Assembly: GCF_024521635.1 (NCBI RefSeq)
Contig: NW_026250403.1
Coordinates: 1,550,001 to 1,614,000, forward strand
From: Tricharina praecox
Lineage: Eukaryota
Length of the DNA: 64,000 bases
Direction of reading: 5' to 3'
Made by a program: the position numbers and the translations under genes. Below the pieces are notes generated by a model. That model searched no databases, was not told the origin of the DNA, and saw nothing but the letters and a program-made list of their open reading frames with translations. Positions 10,519 through 23,537 of this stretch are shown in pieces; position 1 is the stretch's first letter, and each line of letters starts with the position of its first letter.

Positions 10519-13500
10519 CCTATTGGTGTGCGTTTACCCGTGCCGCGGGATTCCTTCACGCCGTAATCTCGCTTGACGGTAGTAGAAGAGCACTTAGGTA
10601 TGCGATGGAGAATGTTTCGGAGTAGAGGCCGCTAGGATGATTTTCTGTCAGTTTTTTTCCGAGTCGTGTTGTCTTTTCCGAGGCCGTTATTTGTTGTGGT
10701 AGTGGGTGTGGGTAGCTGGTGAAGTTGGGATGCTCGGTCGGCAGTGGGGGGGGGTTTCTGAGGAGGTGCAGGAGCAGCCTAGAGGTAGAGTACCTTCGAT
10801 TTGTTGCAGCGCCACCAGGACGGAATTAGAATACCGACAACGGACAGAGCTGTCAGATATGATGAGGGATGGAGTCAGCAAAGCAGTTTCCTCGGCGAGG
10901 AATATTAAGAACAGATCTGATATGTATACAAAGTGGCGGAGGGGGGGACGGGGGATGTGGGGATGACAAACTGCACGGCACTGTTGTGTGGGCGCACCGG
11001 GACAAAGCGAAGCAATGCCGACAGGATAAACGAAGTCGCCGCGTGTACTGTGGAGACCTTTGACGTGCGCGGAATTGAGGAAGAAGAGAGGTGGGAGCTC
11101 TCTCTATTTGGCGGCAAGACTGCCTGTGCGACCCTGGATATGAGATAGTTATGACCTTCTGCAACAGTAGAGCATCACAAGGATTGTCTGTACTCAAAGA
11201 CGGTCCAGACGGGGACTTTATCCAGCTGCCAGGAACAGTAATTAATAGCTAGTGGATAGGGCGCCAAAGTGCTCAGCAGCCACAGCATACGGTACAACAG
11301 GAAGGAAATGTCTTCAACGGAGCACCAACAAGTTACAACTCCATGGTTGAGGTGAGCAAGTTGTGAGAGAGTTGTCGCAGATCACAGTTATCCCGTCGAT
11401 TTCGGGTGTCCGAGTGAAGCCGGTACTGGCGTAACTGCCCATAGCTTTGTTTCACTTAAGCCGGTACGTCCTTCATATCGGTCTCAGATTTGGCTGATTT
11501 GCTCAAGCTACCTTACCCAAATGCCCGCCGGGGACTCGACAGAAGCCACCTTCTCCAATACTCGGGCCACGACGCAAGGAAGAGAACCGTACGATTCTTC
11601 ATAACTACCAGGTCAAGGGGCATACGTGGTGTACTACGTATATTTACCAGCAACCATCGGCATGTACCACTCCGGGGGCCCTCCGACAAAGAACCTGCAA
11701 CTCCGAGCACAGAGTTCCACCTCCGAGGTGTGTGCATCACGAAATGCTCGGTGGGCGGCTGTTCAGCATGTCACGGCCGATGGGAGAGACAGCGCTTTGC
11801 CGAAAGGGATATTATCTGAGTATCACAAATCAATAATTGACGAATCGATGGGTAACAGACTTCTGGGGAGAAACAAATCGTCATCCGCATGGGCCAATCC
11901 CGAATGGGCCAATCCCGAATGAGGCAGTCGCGAACGATTCCCCGCCTATTTTTCTTGGGGAATTTATAGTATCTTCCTACATGGCCGGAGACTTTTCTTC
12001 CAGTCTCCGTGGTTCGCGTTGCGGAGGCTACCGCGTGACTCCGTATTCCGGGCCTGTCGACGAAGATGGAGCTCGAGTGCGATACAGTGATGGGTTACAA
12101 AGTGCTGGGTCTTAATATATGCAATACCGGCCAGTTCTTCCGGTGTCAAGGTGAATCAGGAGCGAGCGGTCTTGTTTCTCAAGCACTCGGAGATAGAGAC
12201 AAAGCGCACTCGGCCCGCCCGCACCTCGGATGTCAAACTACCCCTTCCTTTGTTTCGAACCGCTAGCGAACGGGGTGAGGAGTTGCGATCGAGGATTCCC
12301 GACAAGTGGCGGTTGATACTTAAACCTCGGATCGGTTCGAGACATAATGGGTTCTGGTTGCTCCTATTCAGAGTCAGAAACTCCGTGGAGTGCTGCCGCG
12401 AAGTGCGCTCTCTACCTCCGACGGAGATGCCGCGGCATTGCTTCGGCCTAGGTACATGTCAACGTACAAACTTGTGAGCCGATACACAAAATTACGCAAA
12501 CAGCACTGTTCTACACTTCCTCGGTACATACTGAAGACGGAGCTATCAATGGAAAGATCCCAAGGCTGGAACCAAGACGAGACATCGAGAGTTTATAGTT
12601 TTTTTTATCTCCTCGAACCGTTTTGTACTAGGTAGTACTTTGTCCCAGAGAGAGAGCATCAATTTATTATCGCATACGGCCTGTCCGGACTATGGCGACC
12701 TCCTACCCGGCCTTCCTGTCAGCTCTGCGGGGGTGGAGAGAAAGCTCTATCGCCGTCGGCCCGTTGCTGCGCGATGTACAATACTCGTGCTACCTATACA
12801 AGCGATCACTCGGCGTATCGGGTTCAAGCCACTTCATCACGAGTGATGTGGCTGGTGCTTAGAGCGGCATCATTCCGCGAATGGTCCTTCCTAAATTCTA
12901 TACCATTTTTCCTGCTGGGGCATCCGTTGCGGTACCATGCTCACAGTTTAATGATAATTGCGGTGGTGCATATCCTACCGGACGACAAGTATGTAATTAT
13001 GATATATGCATGTTCGATGTGGCCCGCTTTGAGGGCGGAGGTGCCTTCTCTCCCAGGATCTCCAACCAGCACGAAAGAGCAGAAAGCACATTCCTGCTGT
13101 CTGCCGCGATCACGACTAACTACGGCAATGTCAAAAAAGGCATCCCCTTCCCTTTTTCCCGCCCACAGCTGCACTGCAGCAAAGCGGTTGTTCACAGCTT
13201 CTGCCTCCGCCGTTTCAGCACCCATCTCCACGATCAGCCCCTCCGCGGTACCGACCCGTCTTGGACGAGACAGCCGCCATCGTATGGGGCAGAACACCTG
13301 TCTGTCTGGATGGATGGATGTGCGGGGTAGTTACCTGTCCCATCATGTGAGCCAGCGGAGAGGCCCCAGCCCCAACCCCCCGCCACCTGCACGCGCACAT
13401 GTAGAGCTTCGCCGGCCGCATACCACAGCGATGCGGAGCTTTGGTCAGCCCTACCACAGCCAGGAATCGGAGCGCACAGACTCACACGACGATGGGTGCT

Positions 13501-16308
13501 GCCCCTCATCGGTCGATCGATCATTGGATGGAAGCCAGTTGCCGATGGGGCAGATGTGATAGAGGGAGAGCGGGGGGAGGGGTTTCCCGGCCCTTCCACG
13601 ACCGGCTCGTCCAGGTGTATACCGGAAGTATCCAGAAGGAAGTTCGAGCCTTCCTCCCATCCATATATCCATCCATCCATCCAGTCTGTATCGAAATCGC
13701 AGGCGTGCAGAAACCAACAAAGGAGCGGGCTCTGCAGAGACCAGACCACATAGTGGCCACAGCACGTTCCCGTTCCCGCGCACCGCTACTGCTAGTTACT
13801 TACTACTACAAGCCACCCCCACCACCCCCTCCCCTTCCCCTTCCCGCGCTGCACTGCGCGGTGGGGACGATGCTTCTGGAAGATGCAGGTGTGCTGTAGC
13901 ATCAACACTCTATTTGTGATCGCCTGGTGTTGCCGTTAACGGCGGAGCCAGCATGTCGTCGTAGTTTGGAAGTGGACGGAACGAGGAGTTCTATCCGCGG
14001 AAATGAAGTGGTTCACTGGGGGGTGAATCAGTGATGGTTGCGAATAGCAATGTAGGTATGAACCTAGGCTCGGATATGGGACAGAAGCGGCGGCGGCGGT
14101 GGGCCACGGTCGATACCCAGGACTATGTATGGTATGATATGTACGTACCAGGGCACGGAAAGTGTAGATTTGTGGGAGCATCGTCGGAGCGAAATATCAT
14201 ATTCTCCTCGTCTCGTCGAAACGGGGGGGAGAATTTTCATCATCGAATGAGATGGATGGATGCAAAAGCAAAGCAGAACAAAGCTCGTGTCGAGCTGGGC
14301 TGGGCTGGGCGGATCGTCGCGGAATGGAAGAATTTTTTTCCCGGCCGTTCGTGCATGTTTTGTGTTTTTGTCTCGGGCGACGAGCGAGATCTGCTCTGCC
14401 TCCGGAGATGTTACAGCATGAAGGGAGGGGGGGTTGGACAACGTCTCTCCATGATTGCTCCCGCGATACCTCTGATACCCCCACGATCCACCCGCTAACT
14501 ATGGTACTTGGTTACCCGTGCTGCTGCGGCGAGTCACTGCCATGACCCATGAGACACCCATTGTGACCGTAACGTCCTTCTCCATCATCGACGGTCACGG
14601 ACCCCCCCCCCAACTGGCAAAATCCAGCGGACTAGGCCTCTACTCCAGTATCCCGCTCTCCACATGGCAAAGCAGGCTCCCAAGAGTTCTGCTCGCCATC
14701 TAGCCAGCCAGCCAGCCATGTAGCCAGCTAGATGCTGCCCCTTCCCGGCTCTAGCCCATCTTCACGATTAAGTTGAGTTGAGCTACCAGGATGGAATATA
14801 CAGGAATGTCGGACATCCACTTGCGTGGCCGTTGGTAGGAGGTAGATATTAGGTACTAGGTAGAGGGGCACGGGTGTCACCGTGGTTTATAGTAGGTATT
14901 CGCTTTGTTGTTTTCTGTTTTCTGGCTGGCGGAGTCGAAAGAAAGGCTTCGTTCAAAGGAATTTATAGGTGCTCAATTATAGGTATCACTCATTCCACAA
15001 AACCCGAAGTATGTTTCTTTTGACCATCACCACTCTTAGATGGTACGCGCTTGCCATGCTTCAAATTCGTATGGGAGCTGGGTGCTTCTGCCCATGGAAT
15101 CACTATTGCGGTATCGCATATGCTCACAGACAATGCAGCTCGACCCGAGCCCTTGGTCCCAGAGTGTTCTTCATCGGATCCCATGAGGCATAGGTACACA
15201 CAGCTTATCACCGCTCAGCACAATGCAAGGACATACGGTAGTTATCAGATGTCATCGTATCGTGAATTCACCCTTCCCAGCTCCGTCTTAACCCCCCTCC
15301 AGCTAGCTAAGGTACTTTACAATCCTTCCAAGAACAACAGTAATCGAGACGCAGAATGACAGACGACAGACGATTCAGTCCAACTGAAAGAAATAAAAAA
15401 AAGCTACAGCAGTAAAAACGCATGGTAAAGTAAAATCTGAATCAAATCAAATCAAATTTTCCAGCACTTGAACCTGCCCATCCGTCCAGTAAGTTTTCGT
15501 TCTTCATCTCCTGCTGCTTCACCTTCAGACTCGTGTCCATCCTCCGTGCCCTTCCCATCCTTACTCCACGCCCTCCCGCCGCCGGCTGACCGTTGCACAT
15601 TGCCACCCCCGCATGCCATCTCGCCCTCCCGCTCCCGCCTCCCGCCTCTCGCTCAAGACTAAGTACCTAGGTCTAGGACCATACCGTCTCAACGTTTCCC
15701 ACCTTACCCACCATCACCCACCATCCGCCTTGTACGTTCCCGTCGTACCCTACCCGCATTTCCTTATCCAGTGGATACCTATGATGGAGAAAAGTAGACA
15801 AGTAGAAAAGTAGAGATGAAAACGAGCAGTAACAATGAACCGAACCGAGCAGAACCGTACAGAACAAACAAAAAACCACAGAGTGCCGCCAGTTCTCACG
15901 CAATACAAGATAGAGTAAAAGTGATCCACCGAAAAGAGAAAGAGAATGAGAATGAGAAAACGAACCTCCCCGCCGCCTCCCCCGTAAGCAACCCGGAAAA
16001 TGAGACCGTAAAAGCTATTATAATATCACAGGGAAACGAAAGAAGAAGAAGAAAAAAAGGCATAAACTACAAACAAACAAAAGTTCAAGATCCGCCGCCG
16101 GTGAGGAAAGGAAGACTGCGAGTAAAGCATGGATAAGAGAGATAGAGAGAGAACCTATTAGCCTAATGCAAAGAAAGGAAAGAAGTCGGGAAGTAATAAG
16201 AAGCTGCAACCGTGATCAAAGCTTTTCTGCGTGTCAAGTAGTAAAAGAAAAGAAAAAAAGCATGAGCCAGGAATAGGACATATCCTAGGTTTCTGGTTGG
16301 CCGGCCGG

Positions 16309-18121
16309 CTAGTAGATTCTGTTCAAGCCACGATACCGGATGTGCTGCTGCTCTCCGCTCTGCTGGTAGTTCGATGGGCTGCTACTGCTGCTGGGTGTTC
16401 CCGAGCTGGTGTGAAGCGGTGGCGCTGTTATTGCACTTACGCGCGGAACCAGGTCTACCTCGGTGCGCTGCTGCTGCTGCTTCTGCCGCTCCTGCTTGAG
16501 CATCGAGGCCGCGGCACCCGATAGGTGCTCGATCGAGGAGCTGTGGAGCGACTGCTGGTTGGAGGGATACAGTCCAATGGTGTTCATGTTCGAGACAGAA
16601 GATGTTACGTAGTTGCTCATGGAGTTGCTGGATGCGGAGGATGAAAGCAGCGTCGGTGTGGATCGTTCGGAAGTTGAGAGAAGTGTCGGCGTGGATCGCT
16701 CGGAGGAGCTGGGCACAACCTGTTGCAGAGATGGCGACGCAGGGATATAGCTCGCAGCCGGGGATCTGCGGGTCGAGGTCGACGAGCGAGAATGTGATGC
16801 ACTCGATGGACCAGAGGAATCCGTGTAGGAGCTGTAGAGCTTGATGCCGCCAAAGTCCGTGGTTGGCATGCGAGCTGGCCCCAGCGGAGGCAGAACCTTG
16901 TCCAAGAGCGTCGACCTGGATCCGCTCTCTGGTAGAGACGAAGATAGCGAGCCGAGAGCTGGGAACATGGTGGGATAGCTATCCAAGCTGGTGCTGCTGG
17001 CATTCCTAGGTCCAGCTGGGCACGGCATGAAGCCGGACATGATGCTGCCCATTGTGACACTCGATGCAGTGGTTTCCGGTTCCAAGTTTGAGTAATACGT
17101 GGAGCTGGAGGACTTGTTGGTTGGCTGCACCGAAGACCAGTGCCTTGGGTAATCGGAGTGCTGGCTCGAAAGAACTGCGTTCGCATTATCGGTGCTCAAG
17201 CTATGTCCTGTCTCTGAGTTGAGCATGTATTGGGAGTAATTGCTGTCCGTGGGAGCCGATATCTCATTCCCAAGCCCTTCGTAGAAACGGGATGCAACCA
17301 GATTCATGGACGAAGTCGTGGGATCGGCAATGAGGCCATCTTGATGGTAAAGCTTCGAACTCATCAATGTGCCACGGCTACTACTGAAGCCCATGCTATG
17401 CCCCATTCCCATGGAGGACGGATATCCAGATGAATGCAAACATGGAGCCGAATAACTCCCTGCTGCATGTAATCCAAGGGATGTGGATCCGGATCCGGGC
17501 CCATGTCCAGAGCCGCCGGAGTGGGCCTGTCCAGTTCCATTGGAAGGCGGAGAGGTTGCACCTGAATATGTTCGGAGGTCGATGGTTGACGACGATACCT
17601 AGTGATGGTAATGGTATGAGTTTCATTTGTGCCAGGTATTCGAGCGCCGGCAGTGAAGTTTGTACGTACCCTCTCAAACTTACACTCGTGCGCTGCTTGG
17701 GCGCCCCTGCAGTGGCCACAGCCAGTGTTATCACCAGGGTCTCCGCTGCAGCGTATCTTTCTCTTACGGCACCTCCCGCACTATTCATGACATTGTCCCA
17801 GTCAGTTATGTTACAAACTTCAGCGAGGGAATGAACTAGGTAGGTAGCATAGGAAAAAGTGGGACAAACAGCGACGGGGATCCGTCTGCGTGGTGCGGCG
17901 GACCCATTGCCGTTACTCTGAACAGTGGTAGGATGGGAGATGGCGCCATTGCGAATCTGTCCTTGCGAACGGGCCATGGGATCGGTGCGTGGGTTGGCTC
18001 GTGAGGACATGTTAAAGCTCCCTCTGTCGTGCATGGGTGGCCGTGGCGGATGGCGATAGTCACCGGCATCCGGGTCATAGCCAGAGTTGAATTGGATTAA
18101 GATGTTATTGTTGCGAGTCAT
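16309..18121 (-). CDS. Zn(II)2Cys6 fungal transcription factor with Ser-rich low-complexity C-terminus
   Basis: Exons (start 18121, 18034 or 18010)-17870, 17780-17670, 17598-16309. The spliced sequence reads PRRRIPVA|CGRCRKRKIRCSGDPGDNTGCGHCRGAQAAHECKFER|VSS. Start codon uncertain. Confidence 0.88.
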
Positions 18122-21100
18122 ACTGCGTCGCTCGTTCGATGGCAGCAAGGTCGAAATACGTTCTGTTACCGAGTTCGAGAAAGTACAGGAAGGGCGGGGG
18201 ACTGGAGAGGCAATGCGACAGAATGGGCCTCGGAAAGCCAGCGGAGAGGTTGGAGACGGGAGGGCAGATGAAATATGACAAACCTCCCTTGGGGTGGAAG
18301 GGCGAGGTGTGAGCGAGTGGAAGTAGTGATGACAATGTTGGAAAGAAGAGACACCGGCTGGCAGGTAGGCTAAAGTATGTATCGAAAGCCTGCTCCACTG
18401 GAATAAGGACGGCGAAGGACGCCGATGCAATCGCTTCAGGCCACACAGAGGCAAAGACGAAAATGGAGGCCAGAAGCTGCGTTACCACTGCGGTTTTTTT
18501 GGAGACACAACTACGACCAACCCTGCGTACTTTCAGTACAAACAGTGTTATAGCCTCTCCGTCCAAGTCCGGCGGCTGTCGTATATGGGGGGATGTGGGG
18601 ATGGATGACGTTGGTGTTCGTAGGTGAGACCCAGTACGCTACGAAGCGATACTAGTGGGGGTGGGGGATGAGATGTAGAAGCAGTGGTGGTAGTAATAGT
18701 AGTAATAGTAGTGGCAGTAGTAGTAGCAGTAGGGGTGGTGGTGGTGGGAGTAGTAGTAGCAGCAGTAATAGTGGTATCAGTGGTCGGTTGTTGGTAGTTG
18801 GTGATGTGGTCGGGAGGTGGGGGGTGTGGGGGGGGGGGGGGGCAACAAGTGGTAGATGCGGCGGTAAATCAGAGGGATATCTGGGAAGGGTTCTAATGGA
18901 AAAGTTACGAAGATGTGGCGAGAGGGCGCATTATGAAGTGTTTGCATGTCGATACATTGAGGAAGGGCATAGGTCATTGCACTCCCACCCCCCCTCCACC
19001 AATCCCCCAATCCCTCCCCATCATAGGGATCTCGGATGACAGGTAGAGATCTATCGGCCATCAGATGGATCCCAGAAGTGAAACAGACGGCTGGCTCATG
19101 GTTTCTTCTAATGTGCATTTGATTTTGGCTTCTCACCTTCCAGCGCAGGAAAAGCACAGGGCAGAAAGCGTGCGTGGATATCATGGGCAATTCTTCTCAT
19201 ATTCACCCGTTGGTAGTGCGCTGGACAGGTCCCGTGTATCCGCAGGCAGGAATGAGGCGGGGAGGGAAGAGAGATAGGAGGGGGGGGGGGAGGGCTCCAC
19301 TGGTGGTTGTAATCGGCAGTGCTTGTTTCCTATCGTCTTTTGTGTACATTTTTCTGGAGCGAATGCTGGGCTTCCCTTTGTCCTTCTGGGGAACCTAAAT
19401 CTTGTCGGCATAATGCCGCCCATGCGATTTTGCTGGGCTACAATCTCCCATTCACCGTGGTCAGCCGAGCAAGCAAGCAAGAAGTCAAGCGAGAGACTTC
19501 ACCTGTCCCTCTCTCAAGGCTGTGCAGGGCCACCAGGAAGATATATGGGCCAAATCAAAGATCCCCACCATTCAGATGACGGACAATGCCTTACTGCAGG
19601 GCCGCAACGTGTAAAGCAGGAACGCATATCGGATCGTGGCAACGCTGGCGTTTGAAGGGCGTTGAAGTTTGTGACCAGATTCGAAGCCACCGATTCCCCT
19701 CGTTGCTCGGATGCACTTTGTATCAAGGTTGATTTGAAGTGCAAAAAATAAACTGCCTCATCCGGCGGTGGCATTCGCCACAAATTCCGCAGCAAGGCTG
19801 TGCTGCTCACATCTGACGATTAGCTTCGTGGGAAGTTACTGGTCCACGAAGGCAACGACGACAGTATTGCTGTCAAGCAATTTGATGTCTGAAGCCTTAG
19901 ATCGCGGCCGAGAACGGGGAGATGCGCGCGCCACCATCGACGCCGTTTGCACAAAGCATGGTGGGTCACCCGATGCTAGTGGCTGTAGGAGAGCCATGCG
20001 TATGTGTAACAAACAACGGAAGTAACCCTGGCTCGAAATCAAGTTGGGGGGGAGGGGATGGGAGGGGGAAGGAGGTAGGGAGCAAACCTGGAGGGACCAA
20101 GCAGAATCGTACGGCATCTAGCAGAATTCTTGAGGTTTTGGCCGCCGCTCTCCAGATGGGATGTGGTGTAGAGTTACCGACAGCCCTATCCGCACACCAT
20201 GATATCCCGCAACGTGGCGGGCATCATGTATGTACATTGCAGTGGCTATGGCAGGAAGCACAGTTCTCCCTCTGCTTGACCATGACTGTTGGCGATGGGC
20301 TGCACTGTTGACCGAAAACCATTACGAGCCGTTCGAGCCGATTCGAACTGCAGTGCCGCTACGTTAGATGCTACATAGGCAACCGTTAGTGGGCAGACCC
20401 GGTTCTTGGAGGGGGGGGAGGGCAAGACTGGGAGGAGGGTGTGAGGTGGTCAATGTGCGGATCCATGTGTTTTCTGCGAAAACACCATCCAGCAAGGCCG
20501 CTCATGGCCGGAAGGGCTGGCTGGACAGAAGGACGGACGGAGGCACCGCAGTATGCAACACGACTGGGCCGGGTGGCCGTAATACCTTCGGCAGGTACCC
20601 CCGTCTGGTGAACCGCCACCTACTTCACGGACGAGACACACCAGTTATGCATCCTCCGTCAGATACGCATGGATTTCTCGCGTGCTCAATTGGCAATTCT
20701 CCGACATATGTCTCGCTTCGCCGATGATCCCAACCAGATCATCGAAACCTGGCTTGGAGGCAGGCTATCTGGCAGAACCGATGCCACAACAAAGGTTGAC
20801 CACAGGTCCCGCGTGTGGATCTCAGACTGCGGGTAGACGGTGGTCCCCACGGGTCTGCAATGCAAGGTATCGTTCCTTCAATCATCGTAGGTACCCGCCG
20901 CTGCTGCTTTACGAGCCTGAATTCGCCGGCTCTTGTGGGGAAGGCAGATAGGTCCGTTGCGTGTACATATCAGCCCAGGGGGTTTTCTCCGCTGCCGCCC
21001 CACGAACCGTCCAGCCACTCCCACATAGCGCGGCCTGGAGTGCGGTGATACAAAGCATTGGGGGCGGGGGGCGGGATCTGCTCTTCCCCCACAGCAGCTG

Positions 21101-22922
21101 AAGCCGATTCCGATCCAATCTCCATAACTCCCGAGAGAAAATACAGTTTGGCCCTGATGGTTGTTCCTGTGAGAGGCAACTCCAATATCAGCCAGTTCTA
21201 GTTGTCCCCAAGAGATGTACGCAGGCAATCTGTACATACATACATGCATAAGTACTGACCTACAAAGACGGGCCAAGAGCAGGATGTCCTCTACGTGGCC
21301 AGCTCAGAGTACCTGCCGATTGCAATTGGGTCCGTACGCAAAGCTATCGGTACTCCATGGTTACATAGGTTGTGTAGCAATCGAGTTCCGAGTCCTGAAA
21401 CACTTCCTAGGTCCCTCTTGTCCATAAATACTTGTTGTTTGAAGGAATCTAGATGCGTGTGCATGTACGGTTGAAGTATGTACCACACGCCTTGAGCTGG
21501 GCGGGTCCGGAAGGTGAAGTGAGCGGTCCAAACCGGGGGGGGGGGGCAAACGTGTCACCGAGAAAGAAAGATAAAAAATTGAAATAAAGCTACCCCCGGG
21601 GGTACAGAGATTGCTGGGCACGGCATCAGTGACAAGCGGTAGGTGGGTACTTGGATCCTTTCTTGAATCGACCCGCAAGTCGAGGTACAGACAGATAGAC
21701 ACCGATACGTACGCACAGGTACAGGCAGGTAGATAGACACCGATACGTACGTACGCACGCCCGCACCTTCAGTTGCGTTTTGCATGATCATGAGTGCAGG
21801 ACAAGATTCGAACATTGCTCATAATGGTGAGCTGTTCTTTCCAGATCTGCCCGAATCTGTGCACTGTCAGGAGAGAATTCCCACAGCCTGTGCCACTTGC
21901 ATTGGGGGCGATCGCGAGCGTGACAGGTTGCGTAGAGCATGGAGCATGGAGCATGGAGCATGCCGACTTGCGCAGAGAATACGTGCACAATCCGCTCACA
22001 ATGCGCCTTCTCTTCCGAGGACGCGGGAATAGCCGCTCCCGAGTGAGCTGCACAGATTCGGCGAGTGATGGGCATTGAACCAACCGCAGAGCAGCTGCCC
22101 CTCTCGCAATGGCCTTCTGGGCTGGCCAAATGGCTGGCCAACTGGCTGGCTGGCCGACTGGCCGACTGGATGACTGGATGACTGGTCATCTCGAGATGCA
22201 TGTCGTGCAGAAACGGAGTGCGGTGAAACCGAGGAGAATCTGCGCGCAGACTGATATATCGATGGAGTTGCACCGGACTGTCTCGGGAAGTTGCAGGTAG
22301 AAGAAAGGGCGCCAAGAACAACACATAACGTCCTGTGGCCCCGCATGGCACAGCTTTCGCGCAACAACCAGGCCATTTGTATGTGTGCCCAGATAACTGC
22401 CATTCACGAATTGGAACTTTGAGCCGGGCCTCGAATTCCCAACCTCTTGGCACGCCGTTCTTGGAGGGGAGCGTAGATCTGGCTATAGATAGCCGCGCGA
22501 TGTGTATAACCCATTAACTGCCATGCCGCCAGGACATCTCGGGGGACGGTAGATGGAATGGCTAGAGTGCTGTCCAGTAACCGTGAGTAGCTTTGGGCGG
22601 CGAGTTAACGATGGTGGTTCTTTCCGCCAGGACTTAGGAGCGGAGTATTCCCTGCGCGGCCGGCACAAGGAATCGATGCACGCCACGGCCTCTGTCGGAT
22701 GGAGGGGACTCGGGGTACCTGATGCACAAGAGCCGTTCTTCGACGTTGCCCTCCCAACGTCGTGTACCCGCAAGGGAAGATCCAGCGTGCAACCGGACGT
22801 GGTTACCACCCTCCCTCCCTCCTCACATAGGTACTCCTCAAGTCCGGTATCGTAAGCATTATCAAATCAGAAGTTGTCTGCCCGGCAGTTGTCGTCCCAT
22901 CCGAGTTCCCTGAGTCCATGTA

Positions 22923-22962
22923 TGTGTCTGTGTCTGTGTCTGTCTGTGTCTGTGTCTGTGTC
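22923..22962. repeat. (TGTGTC/TGTC)n simple repeat
   Basis: tgtgtctgtgtctgtgtctgtctgtgtctgtgtctgtgtc seen directly. Confidence 0.85.
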
Positions 22963-23537
22963 CGTGTACCACGCAGAGTGCTAGGCTGTACTCTAGTTAG
23001 AGTTGACTTGTTGAGCTGAATGGGCGAGCAGAAATAAAGCTTCTCTATGCACCCACTCAAGCTGTCGTAAGTATCCAGCTTGCGAGCGACATCGATGAGC
23101 TGCCGAGCTGTAGCGCCGTTACATGGAGAACAAAGTGTAGATACTCGCGGCTAATGCGTATCTTAACGAGACCATAGCTCCTTACTTACCTAACCTGATG
23201 AGGCGTGCCAAGCCTTGGGAAAGGAGCAGCTGAAAACCACACCAATCATCTCCATTGAAGCTGTGACCTCACCTTCAAGGCTCCAGCAACGCGCAGCAGC
23301 AACCACACGCGACGACGTAGTGCCACCGCTCCTCCTCGAACCACCCCGACCAAACACCACCCTACCTCCCTTCCTCCCTCTGCTAGACACTTGCGCCTCT
23401 CTGTCGACTCCGTGAAATCGACTTGCGAACTACCACTCGGCTTCAGAACCGGTAACCCACCAATTTGCTCGTCCGCCCTAGGAATCCTGCTCTTTTCGCC
23501 CTCGATCCACGCAACAGCTTCTCTTAGAGTCCCACCA

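Noticed and set aside
12774-13559. 261-aa ORF and overlapping ORFs
   Set aside because: No recognisable motifs; several frames are open by chance in GC-rich DNA.
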